This document shows, one piece after another, positions 12,641 to 25,411 of a stretch of DNA of 64,000 bases (positions are counted from its first letter, which is position 1; each line of letters opens with the position of its first letter). The translations under genes and the position numbers were made by a program. The notes beneath the pieces were generated by a model. The model made no database searches. It was not told where the DNA came from and saw nothing but the letters and a program-made list of their open reading frames with translations. Source of the DNA: Vicugna vicugna (Eukaryota); contig MU058213.1 in assembly GCA_013265495.1 (NCBI GenBank), positions 5,973,149 to 6,037,148 on the forward strand, given 5' to 3'.

Positions 12641-14526
12641 TTTCTATGATTGCTTTTCTATTTCTGGAATTTCTAATTGGTACATTTTGCATCTATTTAC
12701 TTTTGTTTACTTTCTGTTTTATAATTTCTTGTAGAAGTAACATTTGCTTCTTCATTGATCTCCAAGGATCTTCAACATCATTGTGTTTTCTTTCCGTAGC
12801 TTTTTATTTTGAAAAATTTCAAGCATAGAGGAAAGTGGAAAAATAGTATAGTAGACACTCATTAATTCTTCACACAGCTTAATGTATCTCCCATCTCCTT
12901 TATGGCTGATGCTCTAAAAAAACCTTGTCCTAGGCTACTCAAGACATAGCTGTTGAAATCATTCTCACACATCACGAGTTTCCCCATGTTGATGGTACTG
13001 GTGAATAGTAGGGCTTATTCATGTCATGCAACAAGTGGTCTCTTTATGACTAGTAGTAGGATGTTCTAAAATCCATGGTATTTGTCTTACCTAGCTCTTG
13101 GATTTTGGATAAGCTATACCAGCAGGACAGGAGAGGATGGTATGTAGGAAATCTTACCAGTAGATGAACACTCTAGCAAAGCTCTGAACTTGCCTTGGTG
13201 AAAAAGCGAAACCTCCTAGCCCTAAACATCCTGGAAGGTTTTTCTAGGAAGAAATTATTAAACAGTTTATTACCAGATCCACACTTTGACCTTTGTCAGC
13301 CTCCCTCTCATGTATTTCCTGTTAACTGGGCTCACCTCCTTTCTTAAAGAGTTGTGGAAGGATCTCACCATGGTATAGGTCTCCTCAGCTTCCTTCTCTC
13401 CATGAGACTCACCATGCATGTTGTTAAGAATGATGTCTACTGTCACACAGTGTCTTTTTAATGACAATAGTTCTTTCAATGAAAGGAAAATTTCTGCTTC
13501 TGAGACAACATTACCTTATTGATACTCATGAATCTTGTTACTGACTGCATTTCCCTGTTGGCTTTAGCTGAAAGGAAACTAAAATTAGATTTGTGGCTCA
13601 TGTCAAGAATTTGTCCAGGACTCCATGGTGTATTATTTCTTTGTCATAAATATCTCTGGTGAAATTTTCCTATCTTCATTTAATTTGTCATTATTTTTCT
13701 AAAGTCTTACTGTGTTTCGGTTTCTAACCTGATATTACATGTGTTCGTATAAAGCTCTCATAAATACTGTTAGAGAATAGGGCTGGGAATGTTTAAACAC
13801 ATAAGTAAATATAATGAAAGATGGTTCATTTAAAGTGGCACTTGTAGCAAGGAGTTAGTGAATATTTCACATTTTAAAAGTCATAATTTCGAATTTTTAG
13901 ATTGCATCTCTGAGCTCATCATCTTATTGTTAAGACTGGTTTTTCCTGCACAAACCAAAAATGAAACAGTGGAAAATATTCTTCATACAGCAACAAAAAT
14001 ATTTTTAATGTGAAACATCTTGCCTTTGTGTACTCATTCCTTAAACACTTAATATTGACCATGGGCAAGTAATTTAGACTTTCTCAGCTATTATTTTCTC
14101 ATTTATAATGGGAATAATGCCTACATTTCACTTAATGACCAATTCAAGGAGACAATATCCTCTAAAATGAAAAAAAAAGTTGACTATTACTACTAATTAA
14201 ATTGCTATAGGATATAGGAAAGCTACTTGACCTCTCTAGGGTTTACTTTCCTCTAGGGGAAAATAGGATGACAGAACTGGATAATTCTTTGAACCCTTTA
14301 CAAATCTTCATTGAATTATTCATTAACATTCATACAAAAATGAGTAAAACAAAAGATGTAGCCTTTACAAGGTCACAGTAAAGTAAGAGACAGAGGGTAG
14401 TTGGATTAATTAATAAGATGTGATAAGCGCTCTAACAGAGGGTATCAACGTAATTTTATCGATACAGAAGAGGGAAACACGAGCTCTAATTGCAAAGCCA
14501 GAGGAAGAGTCAGAGGGTGACATTGA

Positions 14527-15312
14527 CTTTCTTTGTTCCTTATTTTAGGGGAAAAAGCATTAGTCTTTCACTATTAAGTATGATATTAGCTGTAGGTTTT
14601 TTATAGGTGGCTTTTTTTCTATTGGGGAAATTTTTTTTCAATTTTTCATTTGCTGTGAGTTATCATGAGTGGCCATTAATTTTGTCAAATGATTTTTTCT
14701 GAGTCATTTGAGATAATCATATAGTTTTTCTTTTTTAGGGTGAGAATATGATGAATTACGTTGACTGATTTTTAATTATTACATCAACCACGAATTCCTG
14801 TGATTAAACACACTTGGTCATGATACATTGTCCATTTTTATGTATCATCAGACTTGATTTACTAAAATTTTGTTAAGGATTTTTGCATCTGTGTTCATGC
14901 TCTCAAATTTATTCATCTAAATTTTCTTTTAATATCTTTGGTTTTGGTTTAGGGTGATGCTGGTCCCAAAGAATGAGTTGAGATATATTCACTCTTCTGT
15001 TTTCTATAAGAGTTTATGTAAAACTGGGATTATTTCTTCCTTAAATATTTTGTAGAATTCACCAATGGAGCCATCTGGACCTCAGATGTTCTTTAGAGAA
15101 GTTCTCAAACAATGAGTTCAATGTATGAATTTAAAGTGATATCCTCTCTCTCACTCTTGATGTTGACAATTTGTTTCTTCTCTCTTTTATTAATCCATGA
15201 ATGGTTTGGTTACTGGTTTATCTGTGTTACTGATATTCTCATAGAACTGGTTTTAGGTTTCACTGATTTTTTTCTATTTTTTTTGTTTTCTAGTTCATTG
15301 ACTTCTGCTCTT
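14527..15312 (-). mobile_element. Old L1M ORF2 fragment (left half of the element split by the RBFA retrocopy)
   Basis: Antisense L1 ORF2 motifs (aaaagcattagtctttcactattaagtatgatattagctgtagg...tagaattcaccaatggagccatctggacct), ending ttctagttcattgacttctgctctt. Confidence 0.85.
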
Positions 15313-16654
15313 ATTTTTTCTACTTGAAATGTCAAAGAATTTTTCCCTTCCAAAGTAGAGTTCATTTGTGTAAATATAATACCACAGTACATAGACCTCA
15401 ACATTGTACAGACTTTTATGGAACTGCTGGTCCGTATTAGTCTAACTTTCCAAAAGAAGCTTATCAGCAGAGCTGATGCCTCACAGATACACTTCTTCAT
15501 ACTGTGTAACAAATTAACTTGATTCTTTTTTATCACCTCCTCTCTGTGCCTCCAGTTTCTCTTCTTCTAGTAGTTTGCATTCGTATTCCAGTGTGTGCTC
15601 CTCCAAAAATGCATCAGCATAATCTGGATCATTTACACTCATTCTACCCAACAGATACTTCTTACAGAGGGTGGGGGGTGGGGAGGGGCACGGGGAACGT
15701 AATCATCCGTGAGGGGGTTTGCTTTCTTCTTTTCCTTTTTCATTTGCTTTGTTAACTCAACCAATTATTTCTGCTCTTATTTTGGTCAAACTAGGCTTAA
15801 ACTTCCAAGCATTTCTGTCTTGCTTTTATATTCAGTTATTTGCTTGCCGAGTGTCTTGTGATTGATTCCACACAGACTTGAGTGCACAGCCAATTCCATG
15901 ACATCAGATCATGATGGACTGTCATAGGTTCCCTTAAGTCACTTTGTATAAAGTCTTCTTTTTCATCCGAGGTCCACAAAGGGCAACTGCCAGTAACTGA
16001 TCCATCTCAGCTAGAGCTCCATTTTGTCTCAAACAGACACTATAGGCAGCACATTCCTCCGAGTCTGCTGAAACATCAAATGGTGCCCCACAAGTAAAGC
16101 ACTTTTCTGTAAGATGGTTTCTGTGTGGTCACTCTGTTCAGCAAAAAGAGTTGTCTTCCAGTACACACAGCAGGCTGAAAGGTCTGCAGTCAGAGAGACC
16201 TTGAAAACTCCACATTCAGGTCACAGATCCCTTGGCTCACTTCAGAGGTGTCCAGCAAATCTGTCAGTGCTTTACAGAAAAGGTCACCCAGGGCCTTGAG
16301 TGCACATGGTCCTCCCTCATGGGTTTCTTTGAAGTATTCTTCTTTAGGAGTTCCAACCTGGATGATTGGAAGTCAAGAGAAATCCTAAGGAAAGACCTTC
16401 ATACTAAACATTTTTCTAACCAGTACTCCTTAGAATTGTCAAAAATCATGAAAAACAAGGAAAATTTGAGAAACTGCCATATTCAAGAGGAGTCTAAAGA
16501 GACACAAACGAAATATTTTTGAGGAAAATTTCTTTAAACAAGTTCTCATTGCCACAAGAGATGAAGGAGTCATGGAGGCCTCCAGCCCAACTGCTGAGTA
16601 GCCCCATGGCCCTGTGGGAGCCCCACGGCCCTCCAGCTGGTGCCCAAATGCCTT
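15313..16654 (-). pseudogene. RBFA: Processed pseudogene of RBFA (mitochondrial ribosome-binding factor A)
   Basis: Minus-strand translation across frameshifts gives IWAPAGGPWGSH..., [169 protein letters not shown]. These blocks are collinear with recalled human RBFA (MWAAAGGLW...[47 protein letters not shown]...SSLCGIDHEALNKQIMEYK). Intronless; start codon changed to ATT (16649-16647); stop TAA at 15516-15514; many stops and frameshifts. Confidence 0.92.
16416..16514 (+). mobile_element. ~100-nt L1MC/MD 3' UTR fragment inside the RBFA retrocopy (antisense to it)
   Basis: ccagtactccttagaattgtcaaaaatcatgaaaaacaaggaaaatttgagaaactgcc; its reverse complement aligns with the L1MC copy at 44027-44068. 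Confidence 0.8.
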
Positions 16655-16682
16655 GATGATGATGACGATGATGATGATGATG
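16655..16682. repeat. (GAT)n microsatellite at the retrocopy 5' junction
   Basis: gatgatgatgacgatgatgatgatgatg read directly from the sequence. Confidence 0.95.
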
Positions 16683-16687
16683 CTCTT

Positions 16688-19430
16688 CCTGATTGATTTA
16701 GATTTAATTCACTCTTCTAATTTCTTAAGATAGAAGCTTAGGTCATTGATATTAAAGCTGTTTTCTATCCTAATATAAATATTTGAAGCTATGAATTTCC
16801 TTGAAAACAGAGCTTTGATGGCATCCCATAAATTTTGAGTAATTGTGGTTCTATTTTCATTCATTTCATAACATTCAAAAGTTTCTTTTGTGAACTTCCT
16901 TGATCCATTGGTTATTTATGTGTTGTGTTTAATTTTAATTCTTTGGGAAGATTTTCCAAATATCTTTCTGCTATTGAATTCTAGTTCACTTCCTTTAAGT
17001 TGAGAAATACTTTGTATGAATTCAATCCTTCCGTATTTAGGACTTGTTTTATGTCACAGAATATAACCGGTAAAACTTGGTAAATGTACCATGCACACTC
17101 GAGAAGAATGTGTATTATGCTGTTCTTGGATGTAGTTCAGATTTTTGATACCGTTCTTCAGGTTTTCCATATCTTTACTGATTTTTTAAATCTTATTTGT
17201 TTATCAATTATCAACAGCAAAGTGTTAAAATATCTAGCACTAATTGTTAATTTGTGCATTTCTCATATAAGTTTAATCAGTTTTTTATTAATGTACTTTG
17301 TTTTATTAGATGCATACAGATTTAGAATTTTTATAGTCTGTTAATCAATGTGAAACTTTCATCATTATGAAATAACTTTATCTATGATAACATTTGTTTA
17401 TCTGAAATCTACTTTACCTAATATAGCCATTGTAACTTATTAGAGTTAGCATAATATATCTTCTTCCATCCTTTTACCTTTATCGTATCTGTGTCTTTTA
17501 GAGTTCTGGTAGGCAGCATATAATTGTTTTGCTTTTTTTAATCCATTCTGACAATCTCTGCCTTTTAAATGGATTATTTATACCATATACATTTAAATTT
17601 ATTGTGATTATTATATGCTTGAGTTTAAAGCCACCATCTTGTTCTCTATGTATCTCTTCTATTTGTCCCATCTGTCCTTTGTTCTTTTTTCTCTTTTTTC
17701 TGACTTCTTTGCATTAATTGAGAATTTTTTATGCTTCAAGTATACCTTCTTTATTGGCCTAGTAGCTATTCTTTTTATTTTTGTTTTTAGTGGTTTATAT
17801 AGCGTTTACAGTCCAAATATTTAACTTAGTCTCCTTCAAATAATATTGAAACACTGCGTATACAGAATAAGTATTATAGAACGGCATACTTCTACTTTTT
17901 TCTCTCCCATCCTTTGTCATGCAATTACCTTCACTATATAACAGACTCTAAAATATATTGTTATAACTATTGCTTTAGACAGTAAATTATCTTTAAAATA
18001 ATAAAAAAAGTCTTTTATATTAATCTTTATGTTTACTGTATATGGTGTTCTTTATCTATTTTGTGTATCCAAATTTCTATCTGTATCATTTTTCTTTTAC
18101 CTGAAGAATTACTTGAACATTTCTTATAGTTCCAGCTTAAAGATGGTAAATTATCTCAGATTTTATAAGTCTGCAAAAGTCTTTATTTTCCTAAGTTTTT
18201 GAGAGATATTTTTGCTAAGTATAGAATTCTTGGTTAGCATTTCCTTCCCCTTTAATGCCTTTAAGATACCACCCTACTCACATTCTTGCATTTTTTCTAA
18301 TGAGATGTGGCTGTCTTGCACTTTTTCTTCTGTATGTCTTATCTTTTTCTCTGCTTGCTTTCAAGATTTAATCATTGGTTTTTTTTAACATTTTTTATTG
18401 AGTTATAGTCATTTTACAATGTTGTGTCAAATTCCAGTGTAAAGCACAATTTTTCAATTATACATGAACAAACATATATTCACTGTCACATTTTTTAACA
18501 TTGTTTTTGTTTTTAAGCAGTTTGATTATTATATGCTCTAGTGTTGTTTTGCTTGAGAGTCCATTAAACTTGTTCGATCAGTAAGTCATATTCTTCACCA
18601 TACTTTGAATATATCCTGGCATTTCTTCAACTTCGTCCACTCCAGATCTCCTCAGGGACTCCAGATATACATATATTAGGCTACTTGGTATTTTCTCACA
18701 GCTCGTTGATGCTCTGTTCATTTTTTCCCGTTCTTTTTTCCCCTATGCTTCATTTTAAGTAGGTTCTATTGTTTTTTCTTCAAGTTTACTGGTAGTCCAA
18801 TCTAATGTATTTTATATCTCAGATACTGTATTTTTCATCTGTGGAAATTTGATGTGGGTCTTTCTTACCTTTTATTTTTTATTATGCTCGTGTTTCCTCT
18901 ACCTTCTTAATCAAATGGTGTATTTTTTAAATAGTTATTTTAATTTCCTTGTCTACCAATTATATCATCTGTGTAATTTCTGCATTTCTGTTGATTTCTA
19001 TTCTATTTCTTTCCACTTTGGCTAATGGAAAACACAAGTATTAACAGCCCTATGTGAGTTCCAGAGATGTCTTGTGCACTCTCTGTGATGGTTCCTTTCC
19101 TATCCTTAGTAGTTTTCTCGTATGCATGTGTAGATCAGTACTTGGTCAAAGACTCAAGGAGCCCCTCTGCATTTCTTGAGTTTCCCCTCTCTGTGTGTGC
19201 AGCCTCCTCTTCTCTGGTTGTGTGCTCTGTAAATTTTAGCTGCCTGGGCCTCCCTGGATCTCTGTCCCCTCAACTTAATAAAACTACTGGGATCTGTCTG
19301 GGTTCTACCTCTCAATATCAGGCACTTGATGGGTTCACCTTCTTAGTTTCCCTTCTCTCAGGATCACTGACTTGTCCTGCTTGTTGTCCAGTATCTGGAA
19401 AACTGTCTCAGATATCTGGTCTGATTTCCT
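16688..19430 (-). mobile_element. Old L1M (right half of the split element: 5' part of ORF2, ORF1 and 5' region)
   Basis: Resumes with ...ttctaatttcttaagatagaagcttaggtcattgat..., the expected continuation of the L1 broken at 15312; contains a short younger L1 3' end at about 18380-18500. Confidence 0.8.
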
Positions 19431-20479
19431 AATGGTTTGAGGCAGAACAATGGTGCTCTATTATGTCCTCATGGCATGAAGCAGAAACCCAGACCTGGCT
19501 TTTTAAATACTGATTTCAACTTTTATAAAATTACTTATATTCTCAGATTCTCTTTCCATAAGTCTGGTATAGCAGCAAATGAAAAGTATTCAATCTCACC
19601 AGGGATCAGAGAAATATAAACTAAAACTTTGGTGCTAAAATCTACATGGAAGATGTAGGAATTGAATGAAATAGTACGCATATTACTGGAATACATATGT
19701 ATACATATATGACTGGAATTATTGACGTGCAGATGCAAATCCAATTCTATAAATCCTGGGTTTGGGGCTTCCTGTGCGACACTCAAGTGGAGATGTAGAA
19801 TAGGCAGTTGAACGTATATAGCTGATGCTCAGAAGAAAGATCTGGGCAAAGACAGAAAATTTTGAGATATCAGCATATACATGAAGTAGCATATAAAATT
19901 ACTTAGGGAGAGAGTGAAATACAGTGAGCACTAAAGGAAACTCTAAGACTGAAACTTGAAGGCAAGTTATTTTGCTTTAAATTATGATAAACTAGATAAT
20001 TTGTACCTACCTTCCCACTGAATATAACTAAAAAAGCTAGAAAATAATGAAACAGCTAATAATTTAGTGAGGAATTACAAAGGAATTACAAAATAAGATA
20101 TGGGAGAGGTCAGGGGCCCAAAGACATATTTAGGAGCATTTTTTTTTTAATTGAAGTACAGTCAGTTACAATGTGTCAATCTCTGATGCATAGCACAATG
20201 TGCCAGTCATGCATGTACATACGTATATTCATTTTCATATTTGGAGCATATTTTTTAAATTGAGGTATAATAAATATGTAACATTACATTAGTTTCAGGT
20301 GCCAATTGAATGAAATAGTATGCATATTACCGGAATACATATATTATGTATATATATATGACCTAGGTACGTATGCCAATCCTAAGAAGGCAAATGAAAG
20401 ACTAAGCTGCACTTATGGAAGCCTTGCTGGGCTGAAGGAATGCAGACTGGTAGATGGAGCTCATCAAGGATGGTGACCC

Positions 20480-20582
20480 ATTCCTGTATAACTGAAAGAT
20501 TGTGCTCTACACCAGAATTTGACACAACGTTGTAAAAGGACTATAACTCAATAAAAAAATGTTAAAAAAAAAAAAAAAAGAA
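20480..20582 (+). mobile_element. Short young L1 3' end with poly(A) and TSD
   Basis: ...ctataactcaataaaaaaatgttaaaaaaaaaaaaaaaaa; TSD aaggatggtgaccc 20466-20479 and aaggatagtgaccc 20583-20596. Confidence 0.85.
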
Positions 20583-20819
20583 AAGGATAGTGACCCCGAC
20601 CCAACTCTGGGCTAGGGCCGTGACAGTCTACTCTTGGGAGAAAGGCTGTGGATTATGGTCTCCCTTCACGTCATGTAGAGGTGCAGCAAACCACACCTTG
20701 GTCCTGCCCTGCTGACCACCTTGAGCATGTGGCAGATGCCAACAAAAACTGTGGGGAAGTTAATGCCAATAACTGATATCAGATGATTTCTGTAATAAAA
20801 TTTAAGCACAGGTCCTGAA

Positions 20820-22370
20820 AACAAAGAGGCACATCAAGAGACACAAGGTGCCATAAATTAGAACCAGCAGGAAAAACAAATAGCAGAAACAGATTCAGAG
20901 GGACTCTAGAGATTGGAATTATCAGGCACAGACTCTATTAAAAAAAAAACTGTGATTATTGTGTTCAAGGGACAAAATCAAACTTGAAATTTTTAGCAGG
21001 GAACTTTATACAATAAAAAATGATATAATAGAACTAGGAGGGAAAAAAAGAAATCCAGAAGTGAAATTTAATACCAAATTTTCAAATTTTTGATTAGTAG
21101 TTTAGTCACAAATGAAGAGTGAATTAGGTGACAAATAAATTTCAGAAGAAACTCTGCAGAATGAAGCAAGGATTAATTAAAAATAGGTAATACAGTACAA
21201 AAGGCAGGAGACATGTTAGAAACAGGGTGGGGACCTAACCTGCTCAAGTAAAGTTCCAGAAGAAAAAGAGAAAAAAGAGTGGATCTGAGGCAATATTTTG
21301 AAGAAATGATTGCCAATAATCCACTGATACAAGAAGCCCCACAAAGCCCCAGCAGAATAAATAAAAATAAATCCTCAATGAAACACATAAAAAGGAAACT
21401 TCAGTAAGTCAAGACAAAGAGACAAATCTTAGAATAGCCAGGAAAAAAAGATTAACTTTGAAGAAGCTGCAGTTAAACTCAACACTGACATTTCAATGAC
21501 AAGAGCTTCAGAAGACAGTGAAATGCCATTTTTAAGGTGCTATGAGAAAATAACTACCCCTCTACATATACTTCAATAAAGATGGCAAAACTGATACATT
21601 TTCTGAGAAAAATAAAAGATACTAGCAACAACAGATAAGCATTAAAGGATGTTCTGTAAGTTGTTCATTATGCAGGAAGAAAATAATCTTGCACGAAAAT
21701 CAGATGCAGAAAGTGATAGAGACCAAAGAAAATGATAATTACGAGGATACATCTAAATCACATTGACTGTGAAAGTAGGGGTGTCAGAAAACAATAATGT
21801 GGCATTTAAATAATGTAGAATTACAATACTACATGGCAAAAATAACCATGGATGATATGTGTTCATGTTGCAGGGGTCTATGTGGTAAGTGTTGTTATAC
21901 CACTTATGAGTTCTTCCCCAGGAGGGTGATAAAGGTATCGGTATTAGGTTTTATTAAGTAAGGATGGCTTTGTTAAGGCATTTCTAAAGTAACCACTAAG
22001 AGAAAACAGTGTGACCCCCAAGGAGATGCCACTTTACACCCACTAGGATGACTATAATAATAATTTTTAAAAAGACAGAAAATAACAAGTGTTGGAGAGG
22101 ATGTGGAGATATTAGAACCCTCATGTATTGCTGGTAGGAATGTAAAATTGTGTGGCCACTGTGCAAAATGTTTGAGGAAACGAGTTCCTCAAAAAGCGAA
22201 TCACATAATGGTGGTATGACCTTATCAATTCCACTCTTAGATATGCTCCCAAAAGAATTGAAAACAGGGACTTAAACAGATACTCGTTGATGAATGCTCA
22301 TAAGAGCATTAGTCACAGTAGCCAAAAGGTAGAAACAACCTGAGTGTCCAGTGAGATGAAAGAATAAACA
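20820..22370 (+). mobile_element. Old L1 ORF1-region fragments plus an L1MB ORF2 3' fragment
   Basis: A-rich sense L1 motifs (gcaatattttgaagaaatgat, ccccagcagaataaataaaaataaatcc; cactttacacccactaggatgactataat...aataacaagtgttggagaggatgtggag). Confidence 0.75.
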
Positions 22371-25300
22371 GTTTTAGAATTTTAGAACTCTATACTTTCT
22401 TTTCTCCATATTCTTTGTTCTCCCTTTCTGGAAATTCTGTTGGATATTTTACCTCTAGGATTGGTCCTCTTTAATTCTTACCTTTTCTCTCACATTCCTT
22501 TCCTTTTTATCTTACACCCTGAAAATTTTTCTTGCTTTTATCATTCAAATGAATGAATTTTAATTTCAGAAATCATCATTTTAATTTCCAAGCACTCTTT
22601 CTTATTTTTTCATAGCATTCTTTTCCTGTTATAAAGAAGTAGTATCATTTTTTAAAAATTTCTGAGGATATTAGAGAGGCTAAAATATTTTTCCCCTTCT
22701 TGTGTTAAATTATCTCTACTCTCTGCAGTTGTTTTTTTTTTTTATGTTTAGCTTGGTCTCTTTCGCTTTACATGTTTTCCTCAAATACCTGGCATATCTT
22801 TGTTTTCAATAAATATTTTTTAATTATGTAATATAAAAACTAAATGTGAAGTCTGTGTAAAAGGATGACACCCACTGCCAAGCAGGTGTGAGCAGGTAGG
22901 ACCAGTTAGTAATCAAATTGAAGTATTTAGCATAAGCTGTCACACCAGCTGCTTTTTATCTGCTCAACTAGTTCAATCTGCTTGTTTTTCATTTTTCTTT
23001 TTAGCCTAGGACTTTAAAACCTAGATGCTGTATATTCTTTACATGGTGAAGAGAGGCGTGGAGAGGTTTAACGATGCCACGTACAGACTTACAATTAGTC
23101 TGTTTCTATTTCATTTCTACCTTTTTTACTTGGCCTCCCTTGTCTTTGGCATGAGTCCCTAGCTTCTGGTGTATCAGCTCTGTAATTGGTATAGCCTCTC
23201 TGGTAATAGTTAATGGTGTAGCTTTTTTTCACCACTCTGCTACAACAGTTCTCTGACTTCTATTTGGTGGAATTGCTTGCTTACTGATGACCTGCTCCCA
23301 TTTGCTTATTGTTTTGGGTTTGTACCATTTAAATTCCTTTATTGTTTGTCAGGTGATGGCGGGCATGAGAAATACAGATGGCTAGTCTATTATTCTGCTA
23401 GCAGGGAATATTTAGTCGAATATTTTTCAGAGTATTTTCTGTATGTAGATCCTCTTAAATGTATATCTTTGAGAGACCAATGTGAGAACTTTAGATGTTC
23501 TGAAAAATGAACTTAATGTTGAGATGTTTTAGTCATTTTGATTCAGTAGGTGGCAGTCTTTCCTAGCTTAACTCAATCCTAAATTAGTGTCCGAAGGTTT
23601 CAGAGTAGAAAGATTTTATTTATCCTTATAATCCGAGTAAATAAGTTTTCAGAGTCTGGTCATCATTAACTTTGACCTATTTATACTTTCACAACTTAAA
23701 AATTTTGAGTAAATTTCAAAGTAAAGATATGAAATTAAAATCTCTAACCTTTCCAAATTTCTGATAGTGTATTAGTGATTTATACTCTATCAAAAGTTAA
23801 AAATAATTACAATCTTATCAGAATTGCAGAGTATTAAAAGCATTCAGATTCAAGTTATTAAATATTTTAAAAATCTTTTTTTACACAGTTTCATTTCCTT
23901 CTCTTGTATATCCTTCCTTCTGAATAGTCCCCAAATATATCAGTATTTTAAATGTGTAGTATAATCTATAAACTCCACAAAGCACAAGCTTTGTTTACAA
24001 TCCTGTAATCCAAAATCTTAGTTAAGATACATGTTAGGCAATTAAACAAATACTAATACAGTTTAAGGAAACATTTAATGGTTTTGGAAAACTTTACATG
24101 ATCTATAAATAACAAGCAAGTGCATAGAAATATCTTTACTTCCTGTTCTGAATTTGCAAATAATTTACCAGTATGGAAATCATGCTTGAAATTGTAATAT
24201 TCACAGGGCTCACATAACTCTTATTAGGTCTGAAGCAAACCATAACATGTTAGAGCTCTAAGGGACTCTGGAGCTCATTAGTATTTTTACTGATTAGAAT
24301 TTTGTGAAATTTTTTTATTGCTAACAGAAGTGAGCCCTTTAGAAATTATGTTTTTTAAAAACATTGTGAAAGCATTCTAAAAAGAGTTAAAACAACTGTT
24401 GTAAAAGTTCATTAGTAAGCCTGTGACCAGTTTTGACCAAGTGTATAAAAATACTGGTAATTAACAGAACAAACTGTTCTGAGAACAACTGTCAATCAAT
24501 TCGGAAACCTCAGTGTAACGCTAGGCTTACATAACCATAGGTGGATGGTGGCTTTCTCTTTCATTTTTCTCCAGTTGTATTTTTAAAATAGGCTTTCACA
24601 GAACCCCGTGGCCTTAAGCATGCCCAGAATTTGGCCAGATAGCCAGAAATATTTCAGGATACTTGAAGTCTCAAATGCTTGTCTACAAAATTCCAGGCAT
24701 TCTATGTCTCCGTGTTAGTCCATAATTTGTTACTTCCATTTTCAAAGATTGAGCCACACACGTGGTATTAGTGCTTGATAATTCAAATATATCTTGAAGG
24801 TTGCATTCCAAAGACAATCAGAAAAACTTAAAAAAATGATAGGTATTCATGAAAATTATGCTGTCTTTTGAAGTTATCCTACCACCAAAGAGTGCCTCAG
24901 CTTTTCAAAATGATTCCATGAACTTCCAAACAATTTAATGGTAGGAAATAAGTGCTCTGCCTAATGATAACCTCACTTTCTGTTTTTCTGTCTCTCTGAA
25001 TGTATAATAAAGATTATAATCTTCAAACTAGAACAGTTTCTGCAATCTTACAGTCTGAAATCAGATTACATATATAGGATTTTAATGAGGACCTGTATTC
25101 CTGAACTAAATCAGCCCACTGAAATCCAATTTTGTGCAATCTATAAAATTTTTCTTTTAATTTCAAATTCCAGTGATACCGTGGTACGTCCGTAAGAAAA
25201 TAAAATGTTGTGAATCACTAAGTGTTCTGACCAGTGCATCTCTTAGGTCCTTTTAATTCTTGTGAAAACTTTCATCTGAGGAAATAGTCAATATTTTAAA

Positions 25301-25411
25301 CAAGTTCCCCATATCCTCTATCTCAGTGCATTAAATCACCAAACTTTGCTTCATTTTCTTTCAAAGAGCTCTTGAAGCCGACCATAACTACACTGTTCAG
25401 TCCTTTCTAAA

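Noticed and set aside
12960..13420. 3-beta-HSD/SDR-like motifs (VDGT, TSS, SKAL) on the plus strand
   Set aside because: Motif spacing is inconsistent with the family; likely chance.
24617..24626. p53 half-site AAGCATGCCC
   Set aside because: No adjacent second half-site.
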